From an uncultured Candidatus Saccharibacteria bacterium (GTDB lineage Bacteria > Patescibacteriota > WWE3 > UBA101185 > UBA10185), in NCBI GenBank assembly GCA_964385105.1, contig CAYLMU010000001.1, forward strand, positions 2,252 to 66,251: 64,000 nucleotides of DNA, given 5' to 3'. A program made the translations under genes and the position numbers. The notes beneath the pieces were generated by a model, which was given only the letters and a program-made list of their open reading frames with translations, made no database searches and was not told the origin of the DNA. Shown piece by piece: positions 1-10,327 of this stretch (its first letter is position 1; every line of letters starts with the position of its first letter).

Positions 1-1267
1 TAAAGAGCCTGCAGACAAAAATATCTCAACAACAAACTTTATTGGGCTTGAAGACTTTGCACCCAATTTGCACTACAGCTCACACGACGGTTACGATTTT
101 GCACTTCCGTATGGTACCGAAGTTCTGGCAGCAGCAAATGGTTATGCTACTTATGATTATTGCGGGGATTGCGGTAATACAATAAAAATAGACCACGAAA
201 ACGGATACCAAACAATATATATGCATTTACAAAATAGTGGCCTTATCACAAAATCAACAAAACCAGTACATGTTCAATCAGGGGATGTCATTGGCAAAGT
301 CGGTATGACTGGTAATACTTCTGGGCCTCATCTGCACTTTGCCGTTATTAAAGACAAAAATTCAAACTCAACATTTGTTGACGATTCTCCATCGGGAAGA
401 GTTGATCCGTTCGGTTGGCAGTCGTATATGTACAAAGATCCGTGGGAAGCTTACTCATGGACAGATGTTTTGGGCAGCCATACCGGGTCTCAAAGCAAAT
501 ATTTATGGCTTGATCCTTTAATGTATTTAAACAGCACATATAATAAATCGGCATTTATAGAATTTTCAAACAAAAAAATTACAATCGTTCCAAACAGCAC
601 TTTTGAGCATTTTACAGTCATGATGGGCGATCATGGCAAGCCAACACTTCCCGTCTCGCAAAAGCATTTAATTTACATACCAGGTACCTCTTTTTATATT
701 GAACTTTACAATCTTGCCGGAGAAAAAATAGACACACTTACTCAAAATGCAAAAATCGAAATCGACTTTTCATCTGCTGACCTCTCAAATTTAATTCAAG
801 AGTCCATTAAAATTTACAGATATAGTCCAAAAGTAATGTTATGGGAGCCTACCGGAAATTTTTTGATTGATTTGGTTGAAAAGAAGGTTTCAGGCGAAAC
901 CCAAGGATTTTCTCATTTTGCAGTATTTGCCGAAAAAACCGACTCCACACCACCGCACACAGAAATTGCAGTCACCGGCAATGTTGAAAATGGTTGGTAC
1001 ACAAGTACCCCCATTGTTAATTTAATAGCAACAGACAACATTAACGCACAAAATGAAATAGTAACCTACTACAAACTTGGCACAGACCCTAACTGGTATG
1101 AATATATTGAACCATTTACATTACCAAACGGAATCTATGGAATAGAATATAAATCTGTTGATTCTTCCGGTAACTGGGAAGCACCAAAAGACATTCTATT
1201 TAAAATAGATACATTAAATAAATGGAAATCAGAGGTTGAAATCAAAAACGCTACTTTTAGTTTTTAA
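1..1267 (+). CDS. M23/LytM-family metallopeptidase (5' partial, reading frame open to window start)
   Basis: HxxxD (HDGYD) and HLH (PHLHF) M23 motifs; frame 2 has no stop before position 68 so gene continues upstream; C-terminal extra domain. Confidence 0.8.
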   Translation, partial: KEPADKNISTTNFIGLEDFAPNLHYSSHDGYDFALPYGTEVLAAANGYATYDYCGDCGNTIKIDHENGYQTIYMHLQNSGLITKSTKPVHVQSGDVIGKVGMTGNTSGPHLHFAVIKDKNSNSTFVDDSPSGRVDPFGWQSYMYKDPWEAYSWTDVLGSHTGSQSKYLWLDPLMYLNSTYNKSAFIEFSNKKITIVPNSTFEHFTVMMGDHGKPTLPVSQKHLIYIPGTSFYIELYNLAGEKIDTLTQNAKIEIDFSSADLSNLIQESIKIYRYSPKVMLWEPTGNFLIDLVEKKVSGETQGFSHFAVFAEKTDSTPPHTEIAVTGNVENGWYTSTPIVNLIATDNINAQNEIVTYYKLGTDPNWYEYIEPFTLPNGIYGIEYKSVDSSGNWEAPKDILFKIDTLNKWKSEVEIKNATFSF

Positions 1268-1331
1268 AAATGTTATACTATAGGGCAATTCATCTATAAA
1301 ACACGTATTATACAAAAAGGAGACACTTACT

Positions 1332-1748
1332 ATGACACGCTTTAGGCCATGGATTTGGATTATAATTATTGTTTTCATTCTCGCGGTGGGTTTAATTTTA
1401 CTATCAAATGCACAAAGAAACTCACCCACAACAGTTTTTGAGCCGTTTGCAACTCCGTTTGGCGTTTTACCGTCAATTACACCGAGTGCCCCACTCCCAT
1501 GGGAAACTCCTCGGCCTCAAACGGATATGATAGAGTACTGTGTACTGCATTCAGAACCTCAAATAGTAGGGTTACAGTTGGGTTATAGGTACCCGAATCC
1601 TAAAAATCCAAATTGGAAAACAACCTGCTGCGAACAGGGATTTGTATCTATAGTTGACGGTAAGCCGTTGACAAGACAAGCAAATATCACCAATACGGTA
1701 GACCAGGTATTGCCAGGTCTTTACGATCCGTCACTTTGTACCCAGTAA
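1332..1748 (+). CDS. hypothetical membrane-anchored protein
   Basis: N-terminal hydrophobic helix WIWIIIIVFILAVGLILL; no recognisable motif. Confidence 0.5.
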   Translation: MTRFRPWIWIIIIVFILAVGLILLSNAQRNSPTTVFEPFATPFGVLPSITPSAPLPWETPRPQTDMIEYCVLHSEPQIVGLQLGYRYPNPKNPNWKTTCCEQGFVSIVDGKPLTRQANITNTVDQVLPGLYDPSLCTQ

Positions 1749-1754
1749 AAATTA

Positions 1755-1796
1755 GAGCCCCGCTTAGTTACAAAACAGGCGGGGCTCCATCTTTTT
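1755..1796. terminator. bidirectional intrinsic terminator between convergent genes
   Basis: GAGCCCCGC...GCGGGGCTC 9-bp GC stem flanked by T-runs on both strands. Confidence 0.7.
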
Positions 1797-1836
1797 AACT
1801 TCAATCAAGCCCCAAACCTTAACAAATTCGCAAACT

Positions 1837-2901
1837 TTATAAAATAACCCCGCCGCCAAGTAATTCAGACCCATTATATAAAACAGCACTTTGACCCGGA
1901 GCTACTCCAAAAACCGGTTTGTGCAATTTAATTTGCAAATTTTCACCAACCAAATCAACATTTGCCTGGTGTAATTCCCCCAAATGCCTAATTCTTACAT
2001 CAAACTCTCCCGGAAAATCAGGGGAAACCCTACTCACCCAATGAACTTCACCTGCCATAATTAAATCGCTTTTTGCTTCTTCAAATGTGCCCACAACAAT
2101 TTCATTTAATTCGGCATTTTTAGACACAACATACAATGGAGTACCCACATATTTATTTATGGTGAATCCATGCCTTTGCCCAATTGTATAATATGCAGCC
2201 CCTTCATGAACTCCAATAACTTCACCCGACGTATTAAGTACATTGCCCTGCACAGGCTCAATTCGTTTTTTCAAAAACTCCTTTATATCTACCTCACCTA
2301 TAAAACATATGCCGGTACTATCCGGTTTATTGAAAGTAGGCAACTTAGCATTTTCGGCAATTTTTCTAATTTCTAATTTCTTCATACTGCCAATAGGAAA
2401 CATGGTTTTTGAAAGCTCTTCCTGGCTTAATAGATATAAAAAGTATGATTGATCCTTACTTTCATCAACACCTTTCAAAAGCTTGTATTGACCATCTTCA
2501 TTTATGATTCTTGCATAGTGGCCCGTTGCCACAAAATCAAACCCTTGCTCCAATGCCCAGCCTAAAAACATGCCAAACTTAATTTCTTTATTACACATAA
2601 TGTCCGGATTAGGTGTGCGTCCGGCTTGATATTCCTTATAAAAATAATCAATAACCTTATTATTATATTCTTGAATAAAATCCAAAGATACAAAGGGAAT
2701 ATCTAACATTGAAGCCACTTTCACCGCATCAGAACGATCTTCGTCTGCACGGCATCCGTCGGCTTTTTCGTTCCAGCACTGCATAAATACACCGGTTACG
2801 TCATAACCTTCATTTTTAAGCAATAATGCAGTAACTGACGAATCAACTCCGCCGCTCATTCCCACCGCAACTTTAATTTTATTATTGTTATTTATAGCCA
2901 T
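1837..2901 (-). CDS. mnmA: tRNA-specific 2-thiouridylase MnmA
   Basis: PP-loop SGGVDSS near N-terminus, overall MnmA-like layout, 354 aa. Confidence 0.9.
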   Translation of the reverse strand: MAINNNNKIKVAVGMSGGVDSSVTALLLKNEGYDVTGVFMQCWNEKADGCRADEDRSDAVKVASMLDIPFVSLDFIQEYNNKVIDYFYKEYQAGRTPNPDIMCNKEIKFGMFLGWALEQGFDFVATGHYARIINEDGQYKLLKGVDESKDQSYFLYLLSQEELSKTMFPIGSMKKLEIRKIAENAKLPTFNKPDSTGICFIGEVDIKEFLKKRIEPVQGNVLNTSGEVIGVHEGAAYYTIGQRHGFTINKYVGTPLYVVSKNAELNEIVVGTFEEAKSDLIMAGEVHWVSRVSPDFPGEFDVRIRHLGELHQANVDLVGENLQIKLHKPVFGVAPGQSAVLYNGSELLGGGVIL

Positions 2902-2919
2902 AGCTGTTTCGGGATTATA

Positions 2920-3465
2920 CTATACAAGTGAGGATATTGCTTTTTTGTTTGAGCTTTTATTTACCGTCTCAATATTAAGTTTGCACCCAAGCACTGCATT
3001 TTCCATAGATGTAACCATTTGACTAATAATCTCAAGTGCTTCTTCATGAGTTAAACGCCTAAAATTATGAGGAAAGTAGTGAAACACCTGATTTCTTCCC
3101 CGTCTCCAAATATTCCATAAATCTTCTGCTATTTTTCTGCCTTCTCGTGGGGTTGTTTTATTGTCGCGGCATATTTTTATAAAGACATTATCTTTTTCTT
3201 TAATAAAATTGGGGTTTAAGATTCTTCCTATTCTAATATCGTTGCTGTAATATTCATCCTCTCTTATAAGTCCCATATCCAAAAAAAACCGTTTTAAAAA
3301 ACCTTCATAGCCTTTTGAAAAAGGAAACACTAAATAAGAAAAGTCCGAGGTTTTACCTTTGTGGTGTTCTGCATGATCCAAAAGCTGTTCTCCATCCAAA
3401 AACAGACCTTTAATTTCTTCGGGAAGATAAGTCCAAAGAGCAGAGTTTTTATCAAACACTTCCAT
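2920..3465 (-). CDS. hypothetical protein with HEPN-like Rx4H motif (RNQVFHY)
   Basis: 181 aa; RNQVFH matches Rx4-6H HEPN motif; otherwise unrecognised. Confidence 0.45.
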   Translation of the reverse strand: MEVFDKNSALWTYLPEEIKGLFLDGEQLLDHAEHHKGKTSDFSYLVFPFSKGYEGFLKRFFLDMGLIREDEYYSNDIRIGRILNPNFIKEKDNVFIKICRDNKTTPREGRKIAEDLWNIWRRGRNQVFHYFPHNFRRLTHEEALEIISQMVTSMENAVLGCKLNIETVNKSSNKKAISSLV

Positions 3466-3509
3466 GTATTTAGTTTAACAATTAAGAATAAAATTATACA
3501 ATTTTTATA

Positions 3510-3971
3510 ATGAATTCCTTAAAGTCAGTCTGCGACCTTGTAGCCATAAACAGAAAAAAAGGATATACCACAGCATTTAACACAGGATGCTACGATATCT
3601 TAACCGTAGACCACGTAAGATTTCTTGATTTTATGAAGCAAAATGCAAATTTTGTAGTTATTGGACTTGAAAGTGATGAGTCTATAAAACTTAACAAAGG
3701 TGCAAATAGACCGGTTAATACATTTTCACACAGGGCTGAAATACTTTTACAACTAAAAAGTGTGGATGATGTTTTTGAGGTACCTTTTGTTTGCGACTTT
3801 AACGGTGCGGGTTCAAATGAGCTTTATGATAACTTGGCAGCGCAGATTTTTCCTAACTTTATTGCTACAAGCAAATTAACCGGCAGTTTTCTTACACAAA
3901 AAAATTCAAGAACACAAAAACTTGGGATAGATTTGTTAATTTATTCAGAAACGTCACTGCTTGTAAGATGA
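3510..3971 (+). CDS. cytidylyltransferase-family (TagD/RfaE-domain-II-like) nucleotidyltransferase, degenerate HxGH motif
   Basis: GCYDILTVDH aligns to GTFDLLHxGH of cytidylyltransferases with first His and Gly replaced; core resembles glycerol-3-P cytidylyltransferase. Confidence 0.55.
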   Translation: MNSLKSVCDLVAINRKKGYTTAFNTGCYDILTVDHVRFLDFMKQNANFVVIGLESDESIKLNKGANRPVNTFSHRAEILLQLKSVDDVFEVPFVCDFNGAGSNELYDNLAAQIFPNFIATSKLTGSFLTQKNSRTQKLGIDLLIYSETSLLVR

Positions 3972-3984
3972 TATACTTTTTTTT

Positions 3985-6663
3985 ATGTACCACACGTTAT
4001 CGACAAATGAGACCATTGAAAAATTAAACACAAATATTGAGTCTGGCTTGAATCAAGAAGAAGTAGCAAAAAGATTGGCTGAATACGGAGAAAACAAGCT
4101 TCCTGAACCGAAAAAAGAAACTCTGCTCCACAAAATTATCAAGCAATTTTCTGATGTTCTAGTTATTTTATTGGTTATTGCAGCAATAGTGTCATTTGCT
4201 CTTGGTGAAGAGCTGGACGCTGTAGTAATTTTGATTATTGTATTTATTAACGGATTGCTTGGTTACATTCAAGAGGCACGTGCCGAAAAAGCCATTGATG
4301 CACTAAAAAAACTTTCAACAAGTTATGCTCAGGTCTTAAGAAACGGAAACGTTGAAAAAATTTCGGTTGAACAGCTTGTACCAGGAGATATAATTTTAGT
4401 AGAAAGCGGAGATAGAATCCCGGCAGATGCACGAATTGTAGAAACAACTAAACTTGAAGTATCAGAAGCAATTCTCACAGGAGAATCACAACCGGTAAAC
4501 AAAACCGAAGATGTTCTAAGCGACCCTAATCTTTCTTTAGGCGACAGAAAAAACCTGGTCTACAAAGATACAAATGTTGTATATGGACGAGCAAAAGCTG
4601 TTGTTATTGCAACCGGTGTTGAAACTCAAATCGGCAAAATTTCAACTTTACTCCAAAAAGACACAAATGAAACAACTCCTTTAAGCCGGGAATTAAATAT
4701 TGTAGGAAAAAGATTAAGTTTTGCTGCTTTGTTAATAATTGTCGGCATCGTGTTTCTTGGATACTTTGTCAGAAACATGTCTTTAAAAGAAACCTTTTTA
4801 ACTGCTATTAGTCTTGCCGTAGCTGCAATTCCCGAAGGATTGCCTGCGGTGGTTACCGTAACACTTGCATTAGGCATTTCAAGATTGGCAAAACACAATG
4901 CGGTAATAAGAAAGCTAAAAGCGGTTGAGACGCTTGGTTCAACAAACTACATTTTAACCGACAAAACCGGAACTTTAACACAAAATAAAATGAGCGTGAC
5001 TAATATGAGCGCAAATACCCATAAATTCAGTGTTGAAGCAACCCAATCCGGGCAAAAGGTCATAAAAGATGGTAATAATGTTGTAGACATAAAAAGTGTG
5101 CCTGAACTACAGATGTTGCTCAAAAGCATGATTTTATGCAATGACGCCAAAATTACACATAAAGAAGAAAAAACATTATATATTGGCGATTCAACAGAAA
5201 CAGCGCTTCTGGAACTGGCTGTTGAGCTTGGCCTTAACCCCAATGATTTATACAAAAAGCACTGCAGAATTTTTGAAATTCCTTTTTCTTCCGAAACTAA
5301 AAGAATGATTGTAGTGGTTGAAAATCCCGAGACTAACGGCGAAAATCTGGTTTTTGCAAAAGGCGCGCCCGAAGTCATAGATACAATGATCACAGGCAAC
5401 ACGACAACAATAAAAGCTCAAAACGAAGAATATGCTAAAAATGGTTTAAGAAGTCTGGCTTTTAGCTATAAATCAATAACTGATACACAACTCGAAAAAG
5501 CCAAAAGCCTTGAAGACGCTTCGGAAATACTGGCAACCAACCACACATTTTTAGGAATCGCTGCCCAACAAGATCCTCTAAGACCCGAAGTTAAAGATGC
5601 ATTAAATATAGCAAAAAACGCCGGAGTTAACACAATTGTTTTAACAGGAGATCACAAACTCACTGCATCATGCATTGCTATGGAATTGGGTCTTATTTCA
5701 AGTCCGGGTGAGGTTATTGACGGAAGCGAACTAGGAGATATACACGGTGAAGAATTATGCGAACTCTTAAAACATAAGTCTGTGTTTGCAAGAGTATCGC
5801 CACAACAAAAATTAAATGTTGTTGAAGCAGTAAAATCTATGAACAATATAGTTGCGGTTACGGGCGATGGAGTAAATGATGCTCCGGCTATAAAAATGGC
5901 CGACATAGGCATAGCAATGGGCATAACCGGAACCGATGTATCAAAAGAAGTCTCAGACATGGTCTTGCAGGATGACAACTATGCAACAATTGTTGATGCT
6001 ATTGAACAAGGGAGAATTGTTTACGACAACCTGGTTAAATTCATTACATACCTTATTTCATGTAATATTTCGGAAATTCTTGTTGTGGCTATTAGCTTGA
6101 TTATGGGACTTCCGCTACCCTTGCTTCCAATACAAATACTTTGGCTCAATCTTGTAACCGACGGGTTTCCTGCCTTAGCACTTGGAGTTGAACCGGGCGA
6201 AACCGATATAATGCAGCGCAAGCCACGAAAACAAGGGCATTTATTAACCACACAACGCTGGATGAGAATGCTGTACCAGGCAGGTTTAATTACACTTTCC
6301 ACACTCACCATGTATCTTATAACTCTTGAACAAGCCCCACATGAAGCACAAACTGCAGCATTAACAACATTGGCTTTTTCACAATTATTTCATGTACTAA
6401 ATAATCGTTCCGAAATACACTCTATTTTTTCAGGAACCATACCTTTTAACAAACACTTATTTATAACAATTATTGGATCGATCTTAATTCAAATCGGGGT
6501 GGTATATACACCTTTAGGGAATGCATTTTTAAAAACTGCACCGCTTGATATAAACCTATTTATTTTAAGCGTAATGTTATCTACTATTCCAATAATCGGC
6601 ACGGAACTGCTTAAATTCGTAATGACTATAAAGCCAAAAACATCTGTACAAACTAGCGCTTAA
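3985..6663 (+). CDS. P-type cation-transporting ATPase (type IIA Ca2+/Mg2+-ATPase-like)
   Basis: TGES, DKTGTLT phosphorylation motif, TGDGVNDAPA hinge, 10 TM layout, 892 aa. Confidence 0.9.
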   Translation: MYHTLSTNETIEKLNTNIESGLNQEEVAKRLAEYGENKLPEPKKETLLHKIIKQFSDVLVILLVIAAIVSFALGEELDAVVILIIVFINGLLGYIQEARAEKAIDALKKLSTSYAQVLRNGNVEKISVEQLVPGDIILVESGDRIPADARIVETTKLEVSEAILTGESQPVNKTEDVLSDPNLSLGDRKNLVYKDTNVVYGRAKAVVIATGVETQIGKISTLLQKDTNETTPLSRELNIVGKRLSFAALLIIVGIVFLGYFVRNMSLKETFLTAISLAVAAIPEGLPAVVTVTLALGISRLAKHNAVIRKLKAVETLGSTNYILTDKTGTLTQNKMSVTNMSANTHKFSVEATQSGQKVIKDGNNVVDIKSVPELQMLLKSMILCNDAKITHKEEKTLYIGDSTETALLELAVELGLNPNDLYKKHCRIFEIPFSSETKRMIVVVENPETNGENLVFAKGAPEVIDTMITGNTTTIKAQNEEYAKNGLRSLAFSYKSITDTQLEKAKSLEDASEILATNHTFLGIAAQQDPLRPEVKDALNIAKNAGVNTIVLTGDHKLTASCIAMELGLISSPGEVIDGSELGDIHGEELCELLKHKSVFARVSPQQKLNVVEAVKSMNNIVAVTGDGVNDAPAIKMADIGIAMGITGTDVSKEVSDMVLQDDNYATIVDAIEQGRIVYDNLVKFITYLISCNISEILVVAISLIMGLPLPLLPIQILWLNLVTDGFPALALGVEPGETDIMQRKPRKQGHLLTTQRWMRMLYQAGLITLSTLTMYLITLEQAPHEAQTAALTTLAFSQLFHVLNNRSEIHSIFSGTIPFNKHLFITIIGSILIQIGVVYTPLGNAFLKTAPLDINLFILSVMLSTIPIIGTELLKFVMTIKPKTSVQTSA

Positions 6664-6672
6664 ATCTTAAAT

Positions 6673-7215
6673 TTATAAATCAGTAAAATAAGCTGATCTG
6701 TAAAAAGTATTTTTTACCTCAACAACAGGTGCAATTACAACTTCATAAATATAAGTACCGTCAGAAACTACTTCACGTGTTGCACCGGGAATATCGCCTA
6801 AATTAGCAATTTTAAATTCTCTTTGTGTGGCAGACCAACCCGGCCTGACATAAAATTTAATAAATGCATATTCGTCCCATTTGGGTGAGTATTCAACAAA
6901 AACTTCGTGCAATTCGGTAGAACCACCGCTTATAGTTCCCAGCCTCTTACCCGAATCTAATGTCTCAAGGCATTCTTCACGACTACTACATAAGTATTCA
7001 ACTAAATCCCACGTTTCGGCAGTTGATGTGACTGTCACGCTAAAACCCGGTTTATCATATACATTACCAATTGAAGCCACTCCACGTACATTTTTGCTGG
7101 ATGTTGAAAAATTGAAATTATTTAAACTTAACCAGTAGTATGCAGGAATTGCCAAAAGGATCAGGGTAATAACTATGAACAGTGGGACAGAAGAACCTCT
7201 TTGCAATTTAGGCAT
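6673..7215 (-). CDS. hypothetical membrane-anchored secreted protein
   Basis: N-terminal TM helix then soluble domain; no motif. Confidence 0.5.
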   Translation of the reverse strand: MPKLQRGSSVPLFIVITLILLAIPAYYWLSLNNFNFSTSSKNVRGVASIGNVYDKPGFSVTVTSTAETWDLVEYLCSSREECLETLDSGKRLGTISGGSTELHEVFVEYSPKWDEYAFIKFYVRPGWSATQREFKIANLGDIPGATREVVSDGTYIYEVVIAPVVEVKNTFYRSAYFTDL

Positions 7216-7280
7216 ACATATATTAACTCATAATTAAATTTACAAGGCAAGAAGATAAACCGAAAATGTATAATTAAACT

Positions 7281-8402
7281 ATGACTCAAAAGCCATCACC
7301 AAAGGTTGCATTCGTCCATGAATATCTGGTTCAATATGGAGGAGCTGAAAAAACGCTTGAAGCCATGATTGAACTTTTTCCTGATGCGCCAATATTCACG
7401 GGGTTATATAATCCTGCTCAGTTATCAAATGAAATTAATAAACGTGAAATTATTTATCCTAAAAGCTCCATTCTGGCAAAATTTCCTAAATATCTTACTT
7501 TTTTAATGCCCCTTGTTTTTGAACGATTTAATTTAACAAAATACGACATAATCATTTCAGACGGAACAGCCTGGCCAAAAGGAGTTTTAACAAAACATGA
7601 CCAGCTTCACATAAGCTATATTCATACTCCTCCAAGATTTTTGTATGGCTATAGCGTAGAAAGCCAAAAACGTGACAAGTGGTATTTTAAACCTTTTGTT
7701 AAATTTATAGACTTTTTCTTAAGAATATGGGATTTTTCAGCTGCTCAACGCCCTGATTTTATTATTACCAACTCTAAAGAAACACAAGCAAGAATTAAAA
7801 AGTTTTATGCTCGGGATGCAGAAGTAATTTATCCTCCGGTTAATGTAGATGTAGAAAAAACCAACGAAACCAAGCATATAGAATTTGAAAATTACTACCT
7901 CATGATCGGAAGACTTTCAGCCTATAAAAACTTTGAACTTGTTGTAAAAGCTTTTAACAACCTTGAACACACTTTAGTTATAGCCGGAACAGGAATTGAA
8001 GAAGAATCCCTGAAAGCCATTGCAGCCAAAAATATAAAATTTACCGGCCGAGTAACCGAAAACCAAAAACAAACACTTTTTGAAAATTGTCTTGGATTAA
8101 TAAATCCGGTTAAAGATGAAGATTTTGGAATTGTTCCTGTAGAAGCAATGGCACATGGAAAACCTGTTTTAGTACACAAATCAGGCGGACATCTGGAAAC
8201 GGTTCAACCAAATGTTACCGGAATGTTTTTTGACGAGCTCACAATTGAAAGTTTTACTAATGCTTTTGAAGAATTTGACAAAAAAGTTAAAAACAAGCAC
8301 TTTGACGCCAAAACAATTAGCAAAAGCGTTCAAAAATACAGTAAGAAAAGATTTCAAACCGAATTTAAGGATTTTGTTGATACCAAATACAACAAGATGT
8401 AA
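7281..8402 (+). CDS. glycosyltransferase family 4 (GT-B, RfaG-like)
   Basis: C-terminal EAMAHGKPVL..SGG GT4 signature. Confidence 0.8.
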   Translation: MTQKPSPKVAFVHEYLVQYGGAEKTLEAMIELFPDAPIFTGLYNPAQLSNEINKREIIYPKSSILAKFPKYLTFLMPLVFERFNLTKYDIIISDGTAWPKGVLTKHDQLHISYIHTPPRFLYGYSVESQKRDKWYFKPFVKFIDFFLRIWDFSAAQRPDFIITNSKETQARIKKFYARDAEVIYPPVNVDVEKTNETKHIEFENYYLMIGRLSAYKNFELVVKAFNNLEHTLVIAGTGIEEESLKAIAAKNIKFTGRVTENQKQTLFENCLGLINPVKDEDFGIVPVEAMAHGKPVLVHKSGGHLETVQPNVTGMFFDELTIESFTNAFEEFDKKVKNKHFDAKTISKSVQKYSKKRFQTEFKDFVDTKYNKM

Positions 8403-8417
8403 TGGTAAAATCACCTC

Positions 8418-9257
8418 ATGCCAGAACTTCCAGAAATACAAACAATTGTTAGTGATTTAAAAAAATATGCCACAGGTGCAAATGTTAAATCAGTGATTGT
8501 ACATGAAAATTATATTGTTTATCCCGGCGAAGAATATTTTATTAACAATTTAGAAGATAGTACGGTTGTTAATGTAAAACGCATAGCAAAAAATATTGTG
8601 CTTACAACAACTACACAACACAATGTAACTATGCATCTGGCAATGACCGGCCGATTATTATTAAGGCAGCCGGATCACCCTGATGAGCCACACGAGAGAG
8701 TAAGGCTTGTGATGGAAAAAAATAATAAAGAGTTTCATTTGCGGTTTGCAGACATGAGAAAGTTTGGAAAAGTGCAACTTATTCATGAGAATTTAATGAA
8801 TAAATTTAAGCAAAAATATGGCCCTGAACCTTTAGACAAAAATTTAACGCCACAAAGCTTTTTAAACTTACTTCAATCAAAGAACACAATTGTTAAAAAT
8901 GTTTTGCTTGAACAACATATAATATCAGGTTTAGGAAATGTTTATGCTAATGATGCACTATGGATTTCACAAATTCATCCTGAAACACCAACAAAAAATT
9001 TAAACACTGAACATGCAGAAAGGCTTTTAAACGCAAGTCGTGAAATTTTAAATGAAGGAATTAAAAATCGGGGAATATCAATGAGTGATTATGTTGATTT
9101 ATTTGAAAAAAAGGGTTTTCAACAAAATTTTTTTAGAGTTTACCAACAACAAATCTGCAAACGATGCAACAGTGAAATCGAATTTAAAAAGATTAGCGGC
9201 AGAGGAACATACTTTTGCCCGAAATGCCAATCTAAAGCTACTCCATTATTTAATTAA
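8418..9257 (+). CDS. mutM: formamidopyrimidine-DNA glycosylase
   Basis: N-terminal MPELPE catalytic Pro, C-terminal CxxC...CxxC zinc finger. Confidence 0.9.
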   Translation: MPELPEIQTIVSDLKKYATGANVKSVIVHENYIVYPGEEYFINNLEDSTVVNVKRIAKNIVLTTTTQHNVTMHLAMTGRLLLRQPDHPDEPHERVRLVMEKNNKEFHLRFADMRKFGKVQLIHENLMNKFKQKYGPEPLDKNLTPQSFLNLLQSKNTIVKNVLLEQHIISGLGNVYANDALWISQIHPETPTKNLNTEHAERLLNASREILNEGIKNRGISMSDYVDLFEKKGFQQNFFRVYQQQICKRCNSEIEFKKISGRGTYFCPKCQSKATPLFN

Positions 9258-9258
9258 A

Positions 9259-10326
9259 ATGAAGATAAATACGCTTAAACTCAAAAACTTCAGAAATCAC
9301 AATTCTCTTGAAATTAACTTCAAGGGAAAATCCGCATTAATAAAAGGGTTTAATGGTGCAGGAAAAACCAATATTCTTGAAGCAATTCACTTGTTATCAA
9401 CAACAAAGTCACTACGAACCAAATATGACAGAGAACTAATAAATCACGACGCCGATTTTGCTCATGTTGTAGCTAATGCAGCATTGAACGGAACCGAGGC
9501 AACCATTGAAATGACAATAGTAAAAAATCCAAAATATATAAATTCTTCAAAAAAAGTAGTGAAAATTGATAAGGTAAGTAAAACACTGGCAAACTTTACC
9601 GGAACACTCAACAGTGTATTGTTCACCCCTACAGACATAGAAGTTATAACCGGCTCACCTTCAATTAGGCGTGATTACATTGATTCAATTTTTTTTCAAA
9701 TAAATAGAGAATATAAAAAAGCTTCACTTGAGTATGCAAAAGCAATTCGCCAAAGAAATAAAGTTCTTGAACTGATTGCTACCGAACATCGCGGATACAA
9801 CCAATTACCATACTGGAACGAGAAAATTTTGGATCGAGGAGAATTTATTCAAAATCAGCGTCACAAACTCATAGACTTTTTTGCCGAGCGTATGCCCCAT
9901 TATGCAAATTTGTTAGGCAACAGTGAAGATTTGTTAGAAATTAAATATTTAAAAAATGAAATTTCCGAAAAAAGACTTAATGATTATAAAGAAAAAGAAA
10001 TAATAACTAAAAGAACATTGGTGGGTCCTCATCGAGATGATTTCGAAATTTTTTTTAATGGTTTTAACATCGCCAACTTTGGCTCACGGGGTCAACAACG
10101 TACAACAATTCTGACATTAAAACTTTGTGAAATAGATTTTTTGTCTGAACATACAAAAAAGCGTCCGATTTTGCTTTTAGATGATATTTTTTCGGAACTT
10201 GACCCATTACATAGAGAAGCTGTTGAAAGCATTATGGAATTACAACAAACTATTGTCACAACAGCCTTTAATGCCGGTCAAAACTTAGAGTTTACTCTTG
10301 CGGGAAATATGCGAGAATTATACTAA
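9259..10326 (+). CDS. recF: DNA replication and repair protein RecF
   Basis: LKLKNFRNH + GFNGAGKTN Walker A; ORF-track start at 9085 overlaps mutM, so ATG 9259 chosen (1 nt after mutM stop). Confidence 0.85.
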   Translation: MKINTLKLKNFRNHNSLEINFKGKSALIKGFNGAGKTNILEAIHLLSTTKSLRTKYDRELINHDADFAHVVANAALNGTEATIEMTIVKNPKYINSSKKVVKIDKVSKTLANFTGTLNSVLFTPTDIEVITGSPSIRRDYIDSIFFQINREYKKASLEYAKAIRQRNKVLELIATEHRGYNQLPYWNEKILDRGEFIQNQRHKLIDFFAERMPHYANLLGNSEDLLEIKYLKNEISEKRLNDYKEKEIITKRTLVGPHRDDFEIFFNGFNIANFGSRGQQRTTILTLKLCEIDFLSEHTKKRPILLLDDIFSELDPLHREAVESIMELQQTIVTTAFNAGQNLEFTLAGNMRELY

Positions 10327-10327
10327 G

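Noticed and set aside
4247-6311. Several 66-151 aa minus-strand ORFs inside the P-type ATPase gene
   Set aside because: Fully nested antisense ORFs inside a gene with unambiguous motifs; typical shadow ORFs.
9085-9258. ORF-track start of recF at 9085 (overlapping mutM by 173 nt)
   Set aside because: N-terminal 58 residues have no RecF similarity; conserved RecF N-terminus begins at ATG 9259 directly after the mutM stop.
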